The notes under the pieces: generated by a model
Seen by the model: only the letters and a program-made list of their open reading frames with translations
Told to the model about the DNA's origin: nothing
Databases searched by the model: none
NCBI GenBank assembly: GCA_965249245.1
Contig: CBDFLV010000003.1
Span: 87,517-151,516 of the forward strand
Direction: 5' to 3'
Length of the DNA: 64,000 bases
Origin: Acidobacteriota bacterium
GTDB taxonomy: Bacteria; Acidobacteriota; UBA6911; RPQK01; CBDAPI01
Program-made: the position numbers and the translations under genes
In this document: positions 28,756-38,564 of the stretch, in pieces
Layout of the letters: every line of letters starts with the position of its first letter
Position numbering within the stretch: position 1 is the stretch's first letter

Positions 28756-29372
28756 CTCTCCTGAAAGGTGGCCAGTATCTTCTCCGCCAGTCCGTGCCTT
28801 CGCTCGCGGCGACAGCGGACGGCACAAACAATTGATTTTAACTCAGAAACGGCTTGTTCGATATCTTCATTCAGAATCAGATAGTCATACTCACCGTAGG
28901 CAAGGATTTCAGTGCGGGCTACCTCAAGCCTCGATCGAATCACTTTTTCGTCATCCAGTCCTCGTGATCTCAGTCGCTGTTCCAGGGTATCGAAGGAGGG
29001 GGGGAAGAGAAAAACCAGATGGCTCTCGGGTAGTGTCTGCTTGACCGTCCTGGCTCCTTGAACGTCAATGTCCAGCAGAACATCCCAGCCCCTGTCCCGT
29101 TGTTGTTCCACGAACTGCCGATCGGTGCCGTAGTAGTGGCCATAGACCTGCGCCCACTCCAGCAACTGACCACTCGACTTCATGTCCTCGAATTGATCCG
29201 TTGGAACGAACCGGTAGTCGATTCCTTCTCTTTCTCCCTGGCGCGGAGACCTGGTGGTATAGCTGACCGAAAAGCAAAGTCTCTGTACCTGGGAGAGAGT
29301 TGAAGTGGCCACGCTGGTCTTTCCGGACCCGGAGGGTGCGCTCACGATGAGCAGATCTCCCCTACTCGACAT
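28752..29372 (-). CDS. gmk: guanylate kinase
   Basis: P-loop SAPSGSGKTS and YTTRSPRQGE motif. Start assigned to an internal Met. Confidence 0.85.
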   Translation of the reverse strand: MSSRGDLLIVSAPSGSGKTSVATSTLSQVQRLCFSVSYTTRSPRQGEREGIDYRFVPTDQFEDMKSSGQLLEWAQVYGHYYGTDRQFVEQQRDRGWDVLLDIDVQGARTVKQTLPESHLVFLFPPSFDTLEQRLRSRGLDDEKVIRSRLEVARTEILAYGEYDYLILNEDIEQAVSELKSIVCAVRCRRERRHGLAEKILATFQER

Positions 29373-30234
29373 TTTGCACCTGCTCGCGGATTCTTTCGAT
29401 CTCCGTCTTTCCGGCCACCGCAACCTCCGAAATCTCGACCCGACCAGCCTTCGAAAGCACCGTATTCATCTCGCGGTTCAGCTCCTGGCACAGGAAGTCG
29501 AGGTTCTTGCCAACCACAGGCTGGTCTGCATCCAGGAGTTCCCCGAAGCGAGTCAGGTGCGATCGCAGACGGGTGATCTCCTCACTGATATCGACTCTTT
29601 CAGCATAGAAGGCAACCTCCTGGACCAGCCGGGTGGCATCCACTTCAGGCAAGTCGTCGAGGGAGGCGAGTTTTTCCTGAAGCCGCTGTCTCTGGAATTC
29701 GGCGACGCCTTCCGCCTGCTGCTCGATCAGGTCCGTCAGGCCGGCCAGGGCCATCAGACGATCCTGCAGATCTTCCTTCAGCGCCTGGCCTTCGGCCTGG
29801 CGGTGCACGATGACCTGTTCGAGCGCCTCTGCCAGACACTGATCGACACCGCAGGCAACCACCTCCAGCTGACTGTCTCCGCTGCCACTGCTGTCGAAAA
29901 CATCCGGAAGGGACAGCACAGTGCCCAGTTCCAGGTTGCCCTGCACCCCCAGCTCAGCAAGCTCCTGTGCGGCTCTCAGATAGGCTCTTACCTGGGCCGG
30001 GTTCACGCGGGCCAGCCCGGTTTCCCGGTTGCGCACCTCTAACCAGAAGTCGATCCTGCCGCGATGCAGGCGGTTTCGTATCTTCTTCCTCAGGTCCTGC
30101 TCGATGCCTTGCAACTCGCGCGGCAACCGTATCTTAAGGTCCAGGTAGCGGCTGTTGACGGTCTTCACCTGGACCTCGATCTCTGCAGTGTCAGTCGCCA
30201 TCGATGACTGGCCGAATCCCGTCATGCTTCTCAT
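29362..30234 (-). CDS. yicC: YicC-family stress-induced protein (DUF1732)
   Basis: N-terminus MRSMTGFG and a conserved C-terminal DUF1732 region. Confidence 0.8.
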   Translation of the reverse strand: MRSMTGFGQSSMATDTAEIEVQVKTVNSRYLDLKIRLPRELQGIEQDLRKKIRNRLHRGRIDFWLEVRNRETGLARVNPAQVRAYLRAAQELAELGVQGNLELGTVLSLPDVFDSSGSGDSQLEVVACGVDQCLAEALEQVIVHRQAEGQALKEDLQDRLMALAGLTDLIEQQAEGVAEFQRQRLQEKLASLDDLPEVDATRLVQEVAFYAERVDISEEITRLRSHLTRFGELLDADQPVVGKNLDFLCQELNREMNTVLSKAGRVEISEVAVAGKTEIERIREQVQNVE

Positions 30235-30278
30235 TTGGGTTTCCCTTCAGAAGCCTCGAGAGAGGTCCCGGAGCTCCT

Positions 30279-32090
30279 CTATCTGAAGGCTTGCAAACCG
30301 CCACTTTGCATTTCATACAGCTGGCGGTAAAGGCCCGAGCGATTGACCAGGCTCGTGTGGTCTCCGACATCCAGAATATGGCCGTCCTTCATGACAACGA
30401 TGCGGTCAGCTCGAATGATGGTTGAGAGTCTATGCGCGATCACCAGCGTGGTGCAGTGGAGCATCAGATTCTGGAGGGCCCGCTGAACCAACTCTTCCGA
30501 CGCGCTGTCGAGTGCCGAAGTGGCCTCGTCAAGGATGAGTACGGGTGCTTTTTTCAAGATGGCCCTGGCTACGGCAATTCGCTGCCGCTGCCCGCCTGAC
30601 AGCCGCTCACCCCGCTCTCCGATCAGTGTCTGATATCCATCGGGCAGACTGACGATGAAATCATGTATGAAGGCTGCCCTGGCGGCTTCCACGATTTCTT
30701 CCCGAGCGGCGTCCAGCCTTCCGTAGGCGATATTGTTGCCAACCGTATCGTTGAAGAGCAAGGTTTCTTGAGTGACGATCGCAATCTGCTTGCGCAGAGA
30801 TCGAAGTGTTGCACCTCGAATATCGTTTCCATCAAATGTGATCTGCCCCGACGTGACGTCATAAAAGCGAGGCAGGAGACTGGCCATGGTTGTTTTCCCG
30901 GCACCACTTCTTCCCACCAGGGCCACGACCTCGCCCTTGTGAATCGTGAGATCGATCTTCTCGAGGACCGGGGTGGCATCGGCCTGGCTGTACTGGAAAG
31001 AGACTCCCCTGAAGTCGATGGCCTCCTGTAGCGGCGCCAGTGTCCTGGCACTCACCGACTCCTTGATCTCAATGTCCGCCTCGAGCAGCTCGAAAACACG
31101 GCCTGCACAAGCGAGGGCCTGCTCAAAGTGGAGGTGCATCCTGGAGAGCTTGCGGACGGGCTCGTAGAGTTTGAAAAGGGCCACCACAAAGGCGACGAAG
31201 GCGCCCGCCGAAACACCACTCCCGACCTGCTGATTGGCGTACAGGAGAAACGGCGCAAAAAGAAGGTAGCCCAGGAACTCCATTAGCGGAGAACTGATCG
31301 CGCTGGTGCGAGTCAGCTTGAGGTTGAGGCCCACCAGCCCATCAACCAGTGATTCGAATCTAGACCTTTCATACCCCTCCATGCCAAATGCCTTCACGAT
31401 GCGCTGACCCGTGATCGTCTCCTGAAGCGCGTTGGAAAGGTCGGAGATTTTTTCCTGGCTGGCCCAGCTGATGCGTCTGACTCTCTTACCCAGCTGCAGG
31501 GTGAGGAAAAGGACTACGGGTGCGACCAGGAAGGCGAGCAGGGACAGCCTCCAGTCGATGTAGACAACGATGCCCAGGAAAGCCAGCAGCAGCACCAGCT
31601 GTCTGGCGGCCTCGGTCATGGTTCTGCTGACCGTTTCCTGAAGGCGCTCGGTATCGGAGATGATTCGGGCCATGAGCTGGCCGGTAGGCCGGCCGGAAAA
31701 AAAGGCCATCGACTGGTCCAGGAGGTGGGAATACACCGACTTGCGGAGACTGGCCACCACATTCTGGCCGGAAAAGGCCATCAAGTACTCTGCGGAGTAG
31801 AGAAAGATCCCTTTGAACAGCGAAAAGAGGATCAGAAAAACAGCTATGCGGGGCAAAATACTTGCCCCCTCGAGGCCCAACCACTTTTGCAGGAATTCAA
31901 AGGTGGGAGCCTGAATCGAGGCACTCGAATCAGAAACCGCGGCCGCCTGGGAAAGCGCGTTGAAAATGGGCTCCAGCAGCATCACGATGGATGCCTCCAG
32001 AGCAGCGCTGACGGTGACCAGCACGAGGGCGGCGAAAAGAAGCGGAAGATAAGGCCTGACATAAGGAAACAGCTTCCGGATCTCGCCCAT
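30279..32090 (-). CDS. ABC transporter permease/ATPase fusion (MsbA-like exporter)
   Basis: 6-TM domain plus an NBD with Walker A GRSGAGKTT, signature LSGGQRQR and Walker B ILDEATSALD. Confidence 0.85.
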   Translation of the reverse strand: MGEIRKLFPYVRPYLPLLFAALVLVTVSAALEASIVMLLEPIFNALSQAAAVSDSSASIQAPTFEFLQKWLGLEGASILPRIAVFLILFSLFKGIFLYSAEYLMAFSGQNVVASLRKSVYSHLLDQSMAFFSGRPTGQLMARIISDTERLQETVSRTMTEAARQLVLLLAFLGIVVYIDWRLSLLAFLVAPVVLFLTLQLGKRVRRISWASQEKISDLSNALQETITGQRIVKAFGMEGYERSRFESLVDGLVGLNLKLTRTSAISSPLMEFLGYLLFAPFLLYANQQVGSGVSAGAFVAFVVALFKLYEPVRKLSRMHLHFEQALACAGRVFELLEADIEIKESVSARTLAPLQEAIDFRGVSFQYSQADATPVLEKIDLTIHKGEVVALVGRSGAGKTTMASLLPRFYDVTSGQITFDGNDIRGATLRSLRKQIAIVTQETLLFNDTVGNNIAYGRLDAAREEIVEAARAAFIHDFIVSLPDGYQTLIGERGERLSGGQRQRIAVARAILKKAPVLILDEATSALDSASEELVQRALQNLMLHCTTLVIAHRLSTIIRADRIVVMKDGHILDVGDHTSLVNRSGLYRQLYEMQSGGLQAFR

Positions 32091-32157
32091 CTCAGGATTT
32101 TAGCAGGAAAGGCGGACGGGCGCCCCAGGCTTTGGAAAAGAGCAAAGCAGACGTGTT

Positions 32158-32823
32158 ATGCTCCCGCTATGCATGGCTGATAAGGAGTTCTTTCCTTCAC
32201 CTCAGCGAGACTACCTGCGCGAGCCACTTCGCCGGTCCAGTGTGGATGCCGACCCGATGCCTCTGTTTGATCGCTGGCTGCGGGAAGCCGCCCTTCAGGA
32301 CCCTCTGGACGCCCACTCCATGACCCTGGCCACAGCCGATGGACAGGCTCGGCCCTCGGCAAGAATTGTGCTGCTCAAGCGGGCCGATCAGCATGGGTTC
32401 GTCTTCTTCACGAACTACGGCAGCCGCAAAGCACGAGAACTGGAAGCCAACCCTTGGGCCTCCCTTGTTTTCTACTGGTCGCAATTGGAGCGACAGGTGC
32501 GGGTGGAGGGCAGGGTTGAACGGGTTTCGGGTCGGGAGTCTGACGAGTACTTCGGCAGCCGACCCCAGGGGAGCCAGATCGCCGGGGCCATCTCACCCCA
32601 GAGCGCTGTCGTTGAGAGCCGCGAATTGCTGGAGCAAGCCTATCGCCGGTTGGAAGAAGAGCTGGCCGGCCGCAACCCGGCTCGGCCCGCCAACTGGGGA
32701 GGCTTTCGTCTTCGCCCGGCCGCCATCGAATTCTGGAAAGGGCGCCCCACCCGGCTGCATGATCGCATCCTATACACGCGTCTGGAAAACGATGCCTGGG
32801 GGATTCAGCGGCTGGCGCCGTAA
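32158..32823 (+). CDS. pdxH: pyridoxamine 5'-phosphate oxidase
   Basis: FMN-binding split-barrel motifs (RIVLLK..D..GFVFFTNY.SRKA.EL..NP). The true start may be a few codons downstream. Confidence 0.85.
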   Translation: MLPLCMADKEFFPSPQRDYLREPLRRSSVDADPMPLFDRWLREAALQDPLDAHSMTLATADGQARPSARIVLLKRADQHGFVFFTNYGSRKARELEANPWASLVFYWSQLERQVRVEGRVERVSGRESDEYFGSRPQGSQIAGAISPQSAVVESRELLEQAYRRLEEELAGRNPARPANWGGFRLRPAAIEFWKGRPTRLHDRILYTRLENDAWGIQRLAP

Positions 32824-32855
32824 ACTGCGTTCCTCGTTCCTCGTCACGCGTTTCA

Positions 32856-32947
32856 GGTTGCAAGTTGAAAGTTTCAAGTTCCCTACAACCTTCAACTTTT
32901 AACTTTCAACCTTCAACTTTCAACCTTCAACTTTTAACCTTCAACTC
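32856..32947. repeat. TTCAACYTT microrepeat tract with inverted copies at its 5' end
   Basis: gttgaaagtttcaagtt...ccttcaacttttaactttcaaccttcaactttcaaccttcaacttttaaccttcaact. Confidence 0.5.
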
Positions 32948-32999
32948 CGTTCGGCTCTCCACCTCAGACTTTGCGACCCTGGCAGCTTGGCAACTCCAC

Positions 33000-33836
33000 T
33001 CAGGTGTTGTGAATCTGGATCTTCTTGACCCGCCGGGCGCTGATCAGGAACCCGGTGTGGCCGACCATTCGCTGGGCCGGCCGAATCGATCTGGGTCCCA
33101 CGCTCCAGGGCCGCAACAGAGTCTCACTGGTGCGAACCCTGGCCCACTGGTCAGAAGTCTGAAGAGCTCGGACCAGTTCGAAGACCTGTAGCGCTGTGGG
33201 AAGCCAGCAGACCAGCACCCCGTTGATGCGCAGCGCGGAGGCGACGGCTTCCATCGCTTGATGGGGCTCGGGAACATCCAGAAGGACGGTGTCGAGATCC
33301 GTCTCCTCAATACCCTCATAAACATCCCGTACCTCGATTCGATGAACTGCCAGAGTGTCACCATAAAGCCGGCTGAAAAGGGCCAGTGTCGACTCTGCCG
33401 GCTCCACGAACTCTTGCCGTCGCTCATAGGAAATCAGCGTGCCGTCAGGACCCAGGAGGCTCCGCAGGACGATGGCCAGCGAAGCCGAACCCAACCCTGC
33501 CTCCAGTACTCGGGCCCCCGAGAAGATGTTGCCCTGCATGAGAATCATTCCCATGTCTTTGGGATACATGATTTGAGTGTGTCGTTTCAGTTTCTGGAGG
33601 ATGAATTCCTCCTGGGTAAGACGTAAGCAAACGTATTCCTTCTTCTGATCCGTTACACACTTGAGGCCGGGGGGCTTGCCGATGATGTCATCGTGGGCGA
33701 TTTTCCCGGTTCGCCCGTGGTGCGACTTGTAACCAGCCTGTAGATGAAGAAGCTGCTGTCGTCCTCTGTCGTCAACGATCAAAACAGGTTCGCCGTTCTG
33801 AAAGGGAATGCGCTGAAGACGGCGTTGCTCGCTCAT
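33000..33836 (-). CDS. trmI: tRNA (adenine58-N1)-methyltransferase TrmI/Gcd14 family
   Basis: SAM-MTase fold (VLEAGLGSASLAIVL) plus an N-terminal TrmI-specific domain. Start assigned to the internal MSEQRRL. Confidence 0.75.
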   Translation of the reverse strand: MSEQRRLQRIPFQNGEPVLIVDDRGRQQLLHLQAGYKSHHGRTGKIAHDDIIGKPPGLKCVTDQKKEYVCLRLTQEEFILQKLKRHTQIMYPKDMGMILMQGNIFSGARVLEAGLGSASLAIVLRSLLGPDGTLISYERRQEFVEPAESTLALFSRLYGDTLAVHRIEVRDVYEGIEETDLDTVLLDVPEPHQAMEAVASALRINGVLVCWLPTALQVFELVRALQTSDQWARVRTSETLLRPWSVGPRSIRPAQRMVGHTGFLISARRVKKIQIHNT

Positions 33837-34059
33837 GGATCGAGCATATTCGCTCCATCCGAGTGCGGTCAATGGGGTTCCACGTTCCAGCGTTCCAACG
33901 TTCCAAGGAGTCCGACATCCCAGAGTGGGAGGGGCCTCAGGCCGCGAAGAAGAAGAACAAGAAGAAGAAAACCAGTGGCCAAGAAACAGCACCAACGTTT
34001 CACCTTCCAGGCTGGTTGGATAAAATAGGCCTTTTTGCGCCGCAGCGAAAGACACGCAC

Positions 34060-37008
34060 ATGGGAATTGCAACGAGATTCACACACCTGACCTTGGTGGG
34101 CTGCCTTTTTGCCGGGGCGGTTGCCTTCGGGATCGCCGAAAGCCCAGCCGAACCTCCCGCGGGAGTACTGCTCAGCCATGTTCGTCAGGTCACTTTTGAA
34201 GGTAAACGGGCGGGAGAAAGCTACTTTTCCCGGGAGGGAGACAGGATGGTGTTCCAGAGCGAGCGCGATGCCGGGAACCCCTTCTACCAGATTTTCCTGA
34301 TGGATCTGGAGACGGGAGACACTCGCCGAGTCTCCCCCGGCACCGGAAAGACGACCTGTGGCTGGATTCATCCGGATGGCCGAATCCTCTTCGCATCCAC
34401 TCATGAAGATCCCGAGGCGCGGCAGAAACAGGAAGCGGAACTTGAGTTCCGGGCCTCGGGCGAGTCGCGCCGCTATCAGTGGGACTATGACGAAAACTTC
34501 GAGCTGTATCTTGCCCATCCCGACGGTTCGTCCTCCCAACGCCTCACGCGAGCGCGAGGCTACGACGCGGAGGGCTCGATCTCTCCCGACGGAGAATGGA
34601 TCGTCTTCTCCTCCAATCGACGCGCCTACACAGAGGCTTTGACTCCGCGACAGGAAGAGCTGTTCGAAGTGGACAAGGCGTACATGCTCGATCTGTACTC
34701 GATGAGAACCGACGGGACTCATCTCAGGCGCCTGACCAGCGCCCCCGGATATGATGGCGGCCCCTTTTTCTCCTCCGATGGGCGGGCAATCTGCTTCCGG
34801 CGTTTCTCCGAGGATGGGGCCCGGGCCGAGATCTACACCATCCAGGCGGATGGTTCAGACGAACGCCAGATCACTCGCCTGGGAGCCATGTCGTGGGCGC
34901 CCTTCTTTCATCCCTCCGGAAGGTACCTGATCTTTACGACCAATCTCCACGGTTTCTCGAACTTCGAACTCTATCTCGTTGATCGGGAAGGCCGCCAGGA
35001 ACCCGTCCGCGTCACCCACACGGACGGTTTTGACGGACTGCCCGTGTTTTTCCCAGACGGCCGTCGACTGGCCTGGACCTCCAACCGAACTTCCACTAAG
35101 GGCTCACAAGTGTTCTTTGCCGACTGGGACCACCAGCAGGCCCTTGACGTTCTGTTCCGCAGCGAAGGCTCCAAAAGCCCGCTCGACCCTGTGGAACTGA
35201 AGCCTGACGTCGACGCAACCACCGGCCGCATCAGTGCGCAGGATGCCAGGATCCATGTTGAGTATCTCGCCTCCGACGAACTGGAGGGTCGCCTGACCGG
35301 CTCTCCGGGAGCGAAGCGGGCGGGTCGCTACATTGCCGACTATTTCTCGCACCTGGGCCTGGAGCCCGCCGGGGAGGAAGGCTCCTATTTTCAGTCCTTT
35401 GAGTTCACCGCGGGAGTCCGGTTGGGAGAGGGCAATCGGCTCGCCGACGCCTCGGGCGGGGAGTACGAAGTGAACCATGAGTGGCGCCCCCTGGCTTTCT
35501 CGGAAACCGGCTCGGCACCGGCTGCTCCACTGGTCTTTGCCGGGTATGGAATCGTCGCCCCGGCTACAGAGGAGCAGGAGGAATACGATTCCTATGCCCA
35601 TCTCGATGTCAAGGACAAGTGGGTCCTGGTCTTTCGCTATCTCCCGGAGCAGGTGAGTCCGGCTCGCCGGCAGCATTTGTCCCGACATTCCAGCCTGCGC
35701 TACAAAGCGATGGTGGCTCGGGATCGAGGGGCCAGAGGTCTTCTGATCGTGAGCGGTCCAAACTCAAAGGTGAAGGAACAACTGGTTCGCCTGGGCACGG
35801 ATGCCTCTTTGGCCGCTTCGGGAGTTGCGACGATTTCGTTGAGTGATTCGGCTGCGGAGAGACTCACCAGCCCCTTGGATCGAAGCCTGAAGTCATTGCA
35901 GGATCGACTCGACTCTGGGGAGCACATGATGGGCCTCCTGATTCCCGAAGTGGCGCTGGAGGCTGAAATCGACATCATTCGAGAAAAACGGTTGGGCCGC
36001 AATGTAGTGGCCAGGTTGCCCGTCCGGGGCGAGCAAGCTCTCGGCGGAGCGGTACTCATCGGAGCTCACATGGACCATCTGGGGAAGGGTCTGGGCGGCA
36101 GTTCACTGGCCCGCCAGGAAGAGCGGGGGCAAATCCATAACGGAGCTGACGACAATGCGTCCGGGACAGCGGGCATGCTGGAGGTGGCTCAGTACCTGGT
36201 AGACCTGAAGGCCGCCGGCCGGTTGAAACAGAGGCGAGACCTTCTTTTCGCAGCCTGGTCGGGTGAGGAGCTCGGCATCCTTGGCTCGCAGGCTTTTGTT
36301 GCATGGCTTACGAACCAGGGAGAAACGGCCCGGTCCCGGCCACTCGAGGGAGAGGTCAGCGCCTACCTGAATATGGACATGATCGGAAGATTACGCGACC
36401 ACCTGTCTCTCCAGGGAGTCGGCTCGAGTTCGGTATGGCGAAAGGAGATCGAACAAAGAAACGTTGTCGTTGGACTGCCGATTACAACCAGCGACGACAG
36501 TTATCTCCCGACCGATGCCACCTCCTTCTACCTGGCCGGAGTCCCGGTTCTCAGTGCATTTTCGGGATCCCATGAGGACTATCACTCTCCTCGAGATACG
36601 GCTGACAAGATCAATTACGAGGGAGTGGAGAAGATCTCGAAACTCATGGCTTTAATCGCCCGCTCTCTTGCCTCCAGCATGGAGACCCCCGACTACCTTG
36701 AACAGGAGAGGCCTGACGATGAAGGCGCAACTCGAGGACTGCGCGTTTATCTGGGGACCATTCCCGATTACGTGGAGGGTGACATCAAGGGGGTCAAGCT
36801 TTCCGGTGTCACCAAGAATGGGCCGGCAGACAAAGCGGGAGTCATGACGGGAGATGTGATCGTCGAGCTGGCGGGTCGGGCGATCGAAAACATCTACGAC
36901 TACACCTACGCGATTGAGGCGCTAAAAATCGGCGAGCCGACCGTGATGGTCGTGTTGCGCGAGGGTGCGCGACTGGATCTGACCGTGATTCCGGGATCGC
37001 GGGAGTGA
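34060..37008 (+). CDS. secreted multidomain protein: TolB-like beta-propeller + PA/M28 family zinc aminopeptidase + C-terminal PDZ
   Basis: Signal peptide; repeated DGxxIxF WD40/PD40 blades; M28 motifs (HMDHLG, DDNASGTAGMLE, GEELGILGS); PDZ-like GDIKGVKLSGVTKNGPADKAGVMTGDVIVELAG. Confidence 0.8.
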   Translation: MGIATRFTHLTLVGCLFAGAVAFGIAESPAEPPAGVLLSHVRQVTFEGKRAGESYFSREGDRMVFQSERDAGNPFYQIFLMDLETGDTRRVSPGTGKTTCGWIHPDGRILFASTHEDPEARQKQEAELEFRASGESRRYQWDYDENFELYLAHPDGSSSQRLTRARGYDAEGSISPDGEWIVFSSNRRAYTEALTPRQEELFEVDKAYMLDLYSMRTDGTHLRRLTSAPGYDGGPFFSSDGRAICFRRFSEDGARAEIYTIQADGSDERQITRLGAMSWAPFFHPSGRYLIFTTNLHGFSNFELYLVDREGRQEPVRVTHTDGFDGLPVFFPDGRRLAWTSNRTSTKGSQVFFADWDHQQALDVLFRSEGSKSPLDPVELKPDVDATTGRISAQDARIHVEYLASDELEGRLTGSPGAKRAGRYIADYFSHLGLEPAGEEGSYFQSFEFTAGVRLGEGNRLADASGGEYEVNHEWRPLAFSETGSAPAAPLVFAGYGIVAPATEEQEEYDSYAHLDVKDKWVLVFRYLPEQVSPARRQHLSRHSSLRYKAMVARDRGARGLLIVSGPNSKVKEQLVRLGTDASLAASGVATISLSDSAAERLTSPLDRSLKSLQDRLDSGEHMMGLLIPEVALEAEIDIIREKRLGRNVVARLPVRGEQALGGAVLIGAHMDHLGKGLGGSSLARQEERGQIHNGADDNASGTAGMLEVAQYLVDLKAAGRLKQRRDLLFAAWSGEELGILGSQAFVAWLTNQGETARSRPLEGEVSAYLNMDMIGRLRDHLSLQGVGSSSVWRKEIEQRNVVVGLPITTSDDSYLPTDATSFYLAGVPVLSAFSGSHEDYHSPRDTADKINYEGVEKISKLMALIARSLASSMETPDYLEQERPDDEGATRGLRVYLGTIPDYVEGDIKGVKLSGVTKNGPADKAGVMTGDVIVELAGRAIENIYDYTYAIEALKIGEPTVMVVLREGARLDLTVIPGSRE

Positions 37009-37028
37009 GCAACCGCGGCCGCGGTTGC
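37009..37028. terminator. perfect 20-bp palindrome GCAACCGCGGCCGCGGTTGC immediately after the peptidase stop codon (hairpin, no U-tract)
   Basis: Read directly; contains a NotI site. Confidence 0.35.
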
Positions 37029-37077
37029 TGGTTACCGGTTATTAGTTACCAGTTATTAGTTACCAGTTACCAGTTAC
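37029..37077. repeat. GTTACCAGTTA microrepeat tract (a second related tract lies at 41226-41286)
   Basis: tggttaccggttattagttaccagttattagttaccagttaccagttacgg. Confidence 0.45.
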
Positions 37078-37118
37078 GGCTGGCTTCAAGAGCTACCATC
37101 AGAAGGTGTGTAAATAGC

Positions 37119-38481
37119 CACTCTTGTCCAAATTAGCCATAAGAGAGGTCGGGTCGACCTCGTAAGATTCGGTTTTATCGAATAACCGGACAAGGAGGAC
37201 CCGACCGTGAATCGATTTTGCAGTATTTTCAGTCAACTTCTCCAGCTTTTTCCTCGCTGGGAGTTTCAACAACTGGTCCTGGAGACCAAAGCCGAGCGCC
37301 ATGCACGCGGTTTCAGCAGCTGGGGACAGTTTGTCGCCATGCTGTTTTGCCAGCTGGGCCGTGCTCATAGCCTGCGGGAGATCTGCGGAGGTCTGGCCAG
37401 CTGTGAAGGAAAACTGCATCATCTTGGAATCGCTTCTCCCAAGCGCTCCACCCTCAGCTATGCCAATGAGCATCGACCCTGGCAACTGTACGAAAAGGTT
37501 TTTTACCGCCTGCTGGATCGTTGTCTGAGAGAGACCGAAGGGCGTCGCAAGAGAAGATTTCGTTTCAAGAATCCGCTGCTGAGTCTGGACGCGACCGTCA
37601 TCGATCTGTGCGCACAATTGTTTGACTGGGCTCATTTTTGCCGAACCAAGGGGGCCGTCAAACTGCATCTACTCTTGGACCACAACGGTTACCTTCCCGT
37701 CTTTGCCCACATCACCGAGGCAGCCACGGCCGACATCACCGTGGCTCGCCGTCTGAAGTTTGCCGCCGGCACCGTTGTCGTCTTTGATCGCGGCTACAAC
37801 GACTACAACTGGTATGCGGACTTGACCCGTCAGGGCGTCTTCTTTGTGACCCGTCTCAAAGACCGTGCCGATTACGAGGTCCTCAAAGACCGCCCGCTTC
37901 CCAAAAACCGTCGAGTCGTCCGTGACCAGGTGATTTTCTTTCACGGACTGGCCGCCCAGGACAAAATCTGTTTCTTGCGCCTGGTCGAAATCCAAGATCC
38001 GCTCTCTGGCCGCCTCGTTTTTTTGACGAATCACCTGGATTTCGGAGCCACCACCATTGCCGCAATCTACAAGGAGCGCTGGCAAATCGAGCTCTTTTTC
38101 AAGGCCCTCAAGCAGAATCTACGGGTCAAGACCTTCGTCGGCACCTCGGCCAACGCCCTCAAGACCCAAATTTGGACAGCATTGATCGCTCTGCTGATCC
38201 TGAAGTTTCTGCAGCTCAAAGCAACCTTTGACTGGTCACTGTCCAATCTGGCCGCACTGCTGAGGATGAACATGTTCGTTCATAGAGACTTGTGGAGGTG
38301 GTTGAACCAACCATTCAAGTTCCCACCCCTACTACCGGAGAGCTCTCAACCCTCCTTCACCTTCTCGTAATCTGGACAGCACCATCGGAGACCTGGACAT
38401 GAAAAGACTGAAAATCCTATCCAAGACGCCAATAAAATCAAGGGGTCGATGATCGAATCTCAGCTAATTTGGACAGCAGTG
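37119..38481 (+). mobile_element. IS4-family insertion sequence copy 1 (1363 bp), 19-bp terminal inverted repeats CACTSYTGTCCAAATTAGC, 9-bp target duplication GTAAATAGC
   Basis: Target duplication at 37110-37118 and 38482-38490. Terminal inverted repeats read from the sequence. Confidence 0.85.
37207..38370 (+). CDS. IS4-family DDE transposase
   Basis: 387 aa with the YKERWQIELFFKALKQ (Y-2-R-3-E-6-K) signature of the IS4 family. Confidence 0.85.
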   Translation: MNRFCSIFSQLLQLFPRWEFQQLVLETKAERHARGFSSWGQFVAMLFCQLGRAHSLREICGGLASCEGKLHHLGIASPKRSTLSYANEHRPWQLYEKVFYRLLDRCLRETEGRRKRRFRFKNPLLSLDATVIDLCAQLFDWAHFCRTKGAVKLHLLLDHNGYLPVFAHITEAATADITVARRLKFAAGTVVVFDRGYNDYNWYADLTRQGVFFVTRLKDRADYEVLKDRPLPKNRRVVRDQVIFFHGLAAQDKICFLRLVEIQDPLSGRLVFLTNHLDFGATTIAAIYKERWQIELFFKALKQNLRVKTFVGTSANALKTQIWTALIALLILKFLQLKATFDWSLSNLAALLRMNMFVHRDLWRWLNQPFKFPPLLPESSQPSFTFS

Positions 38482-38564
38482 GTAAATAGCATAGGCGGTG
38501 AGTATCCTTCCGGGTTGATAAAGCCCAGGGCCGAAAGGCCCGCAACGGAAGGAGTACACACCGC

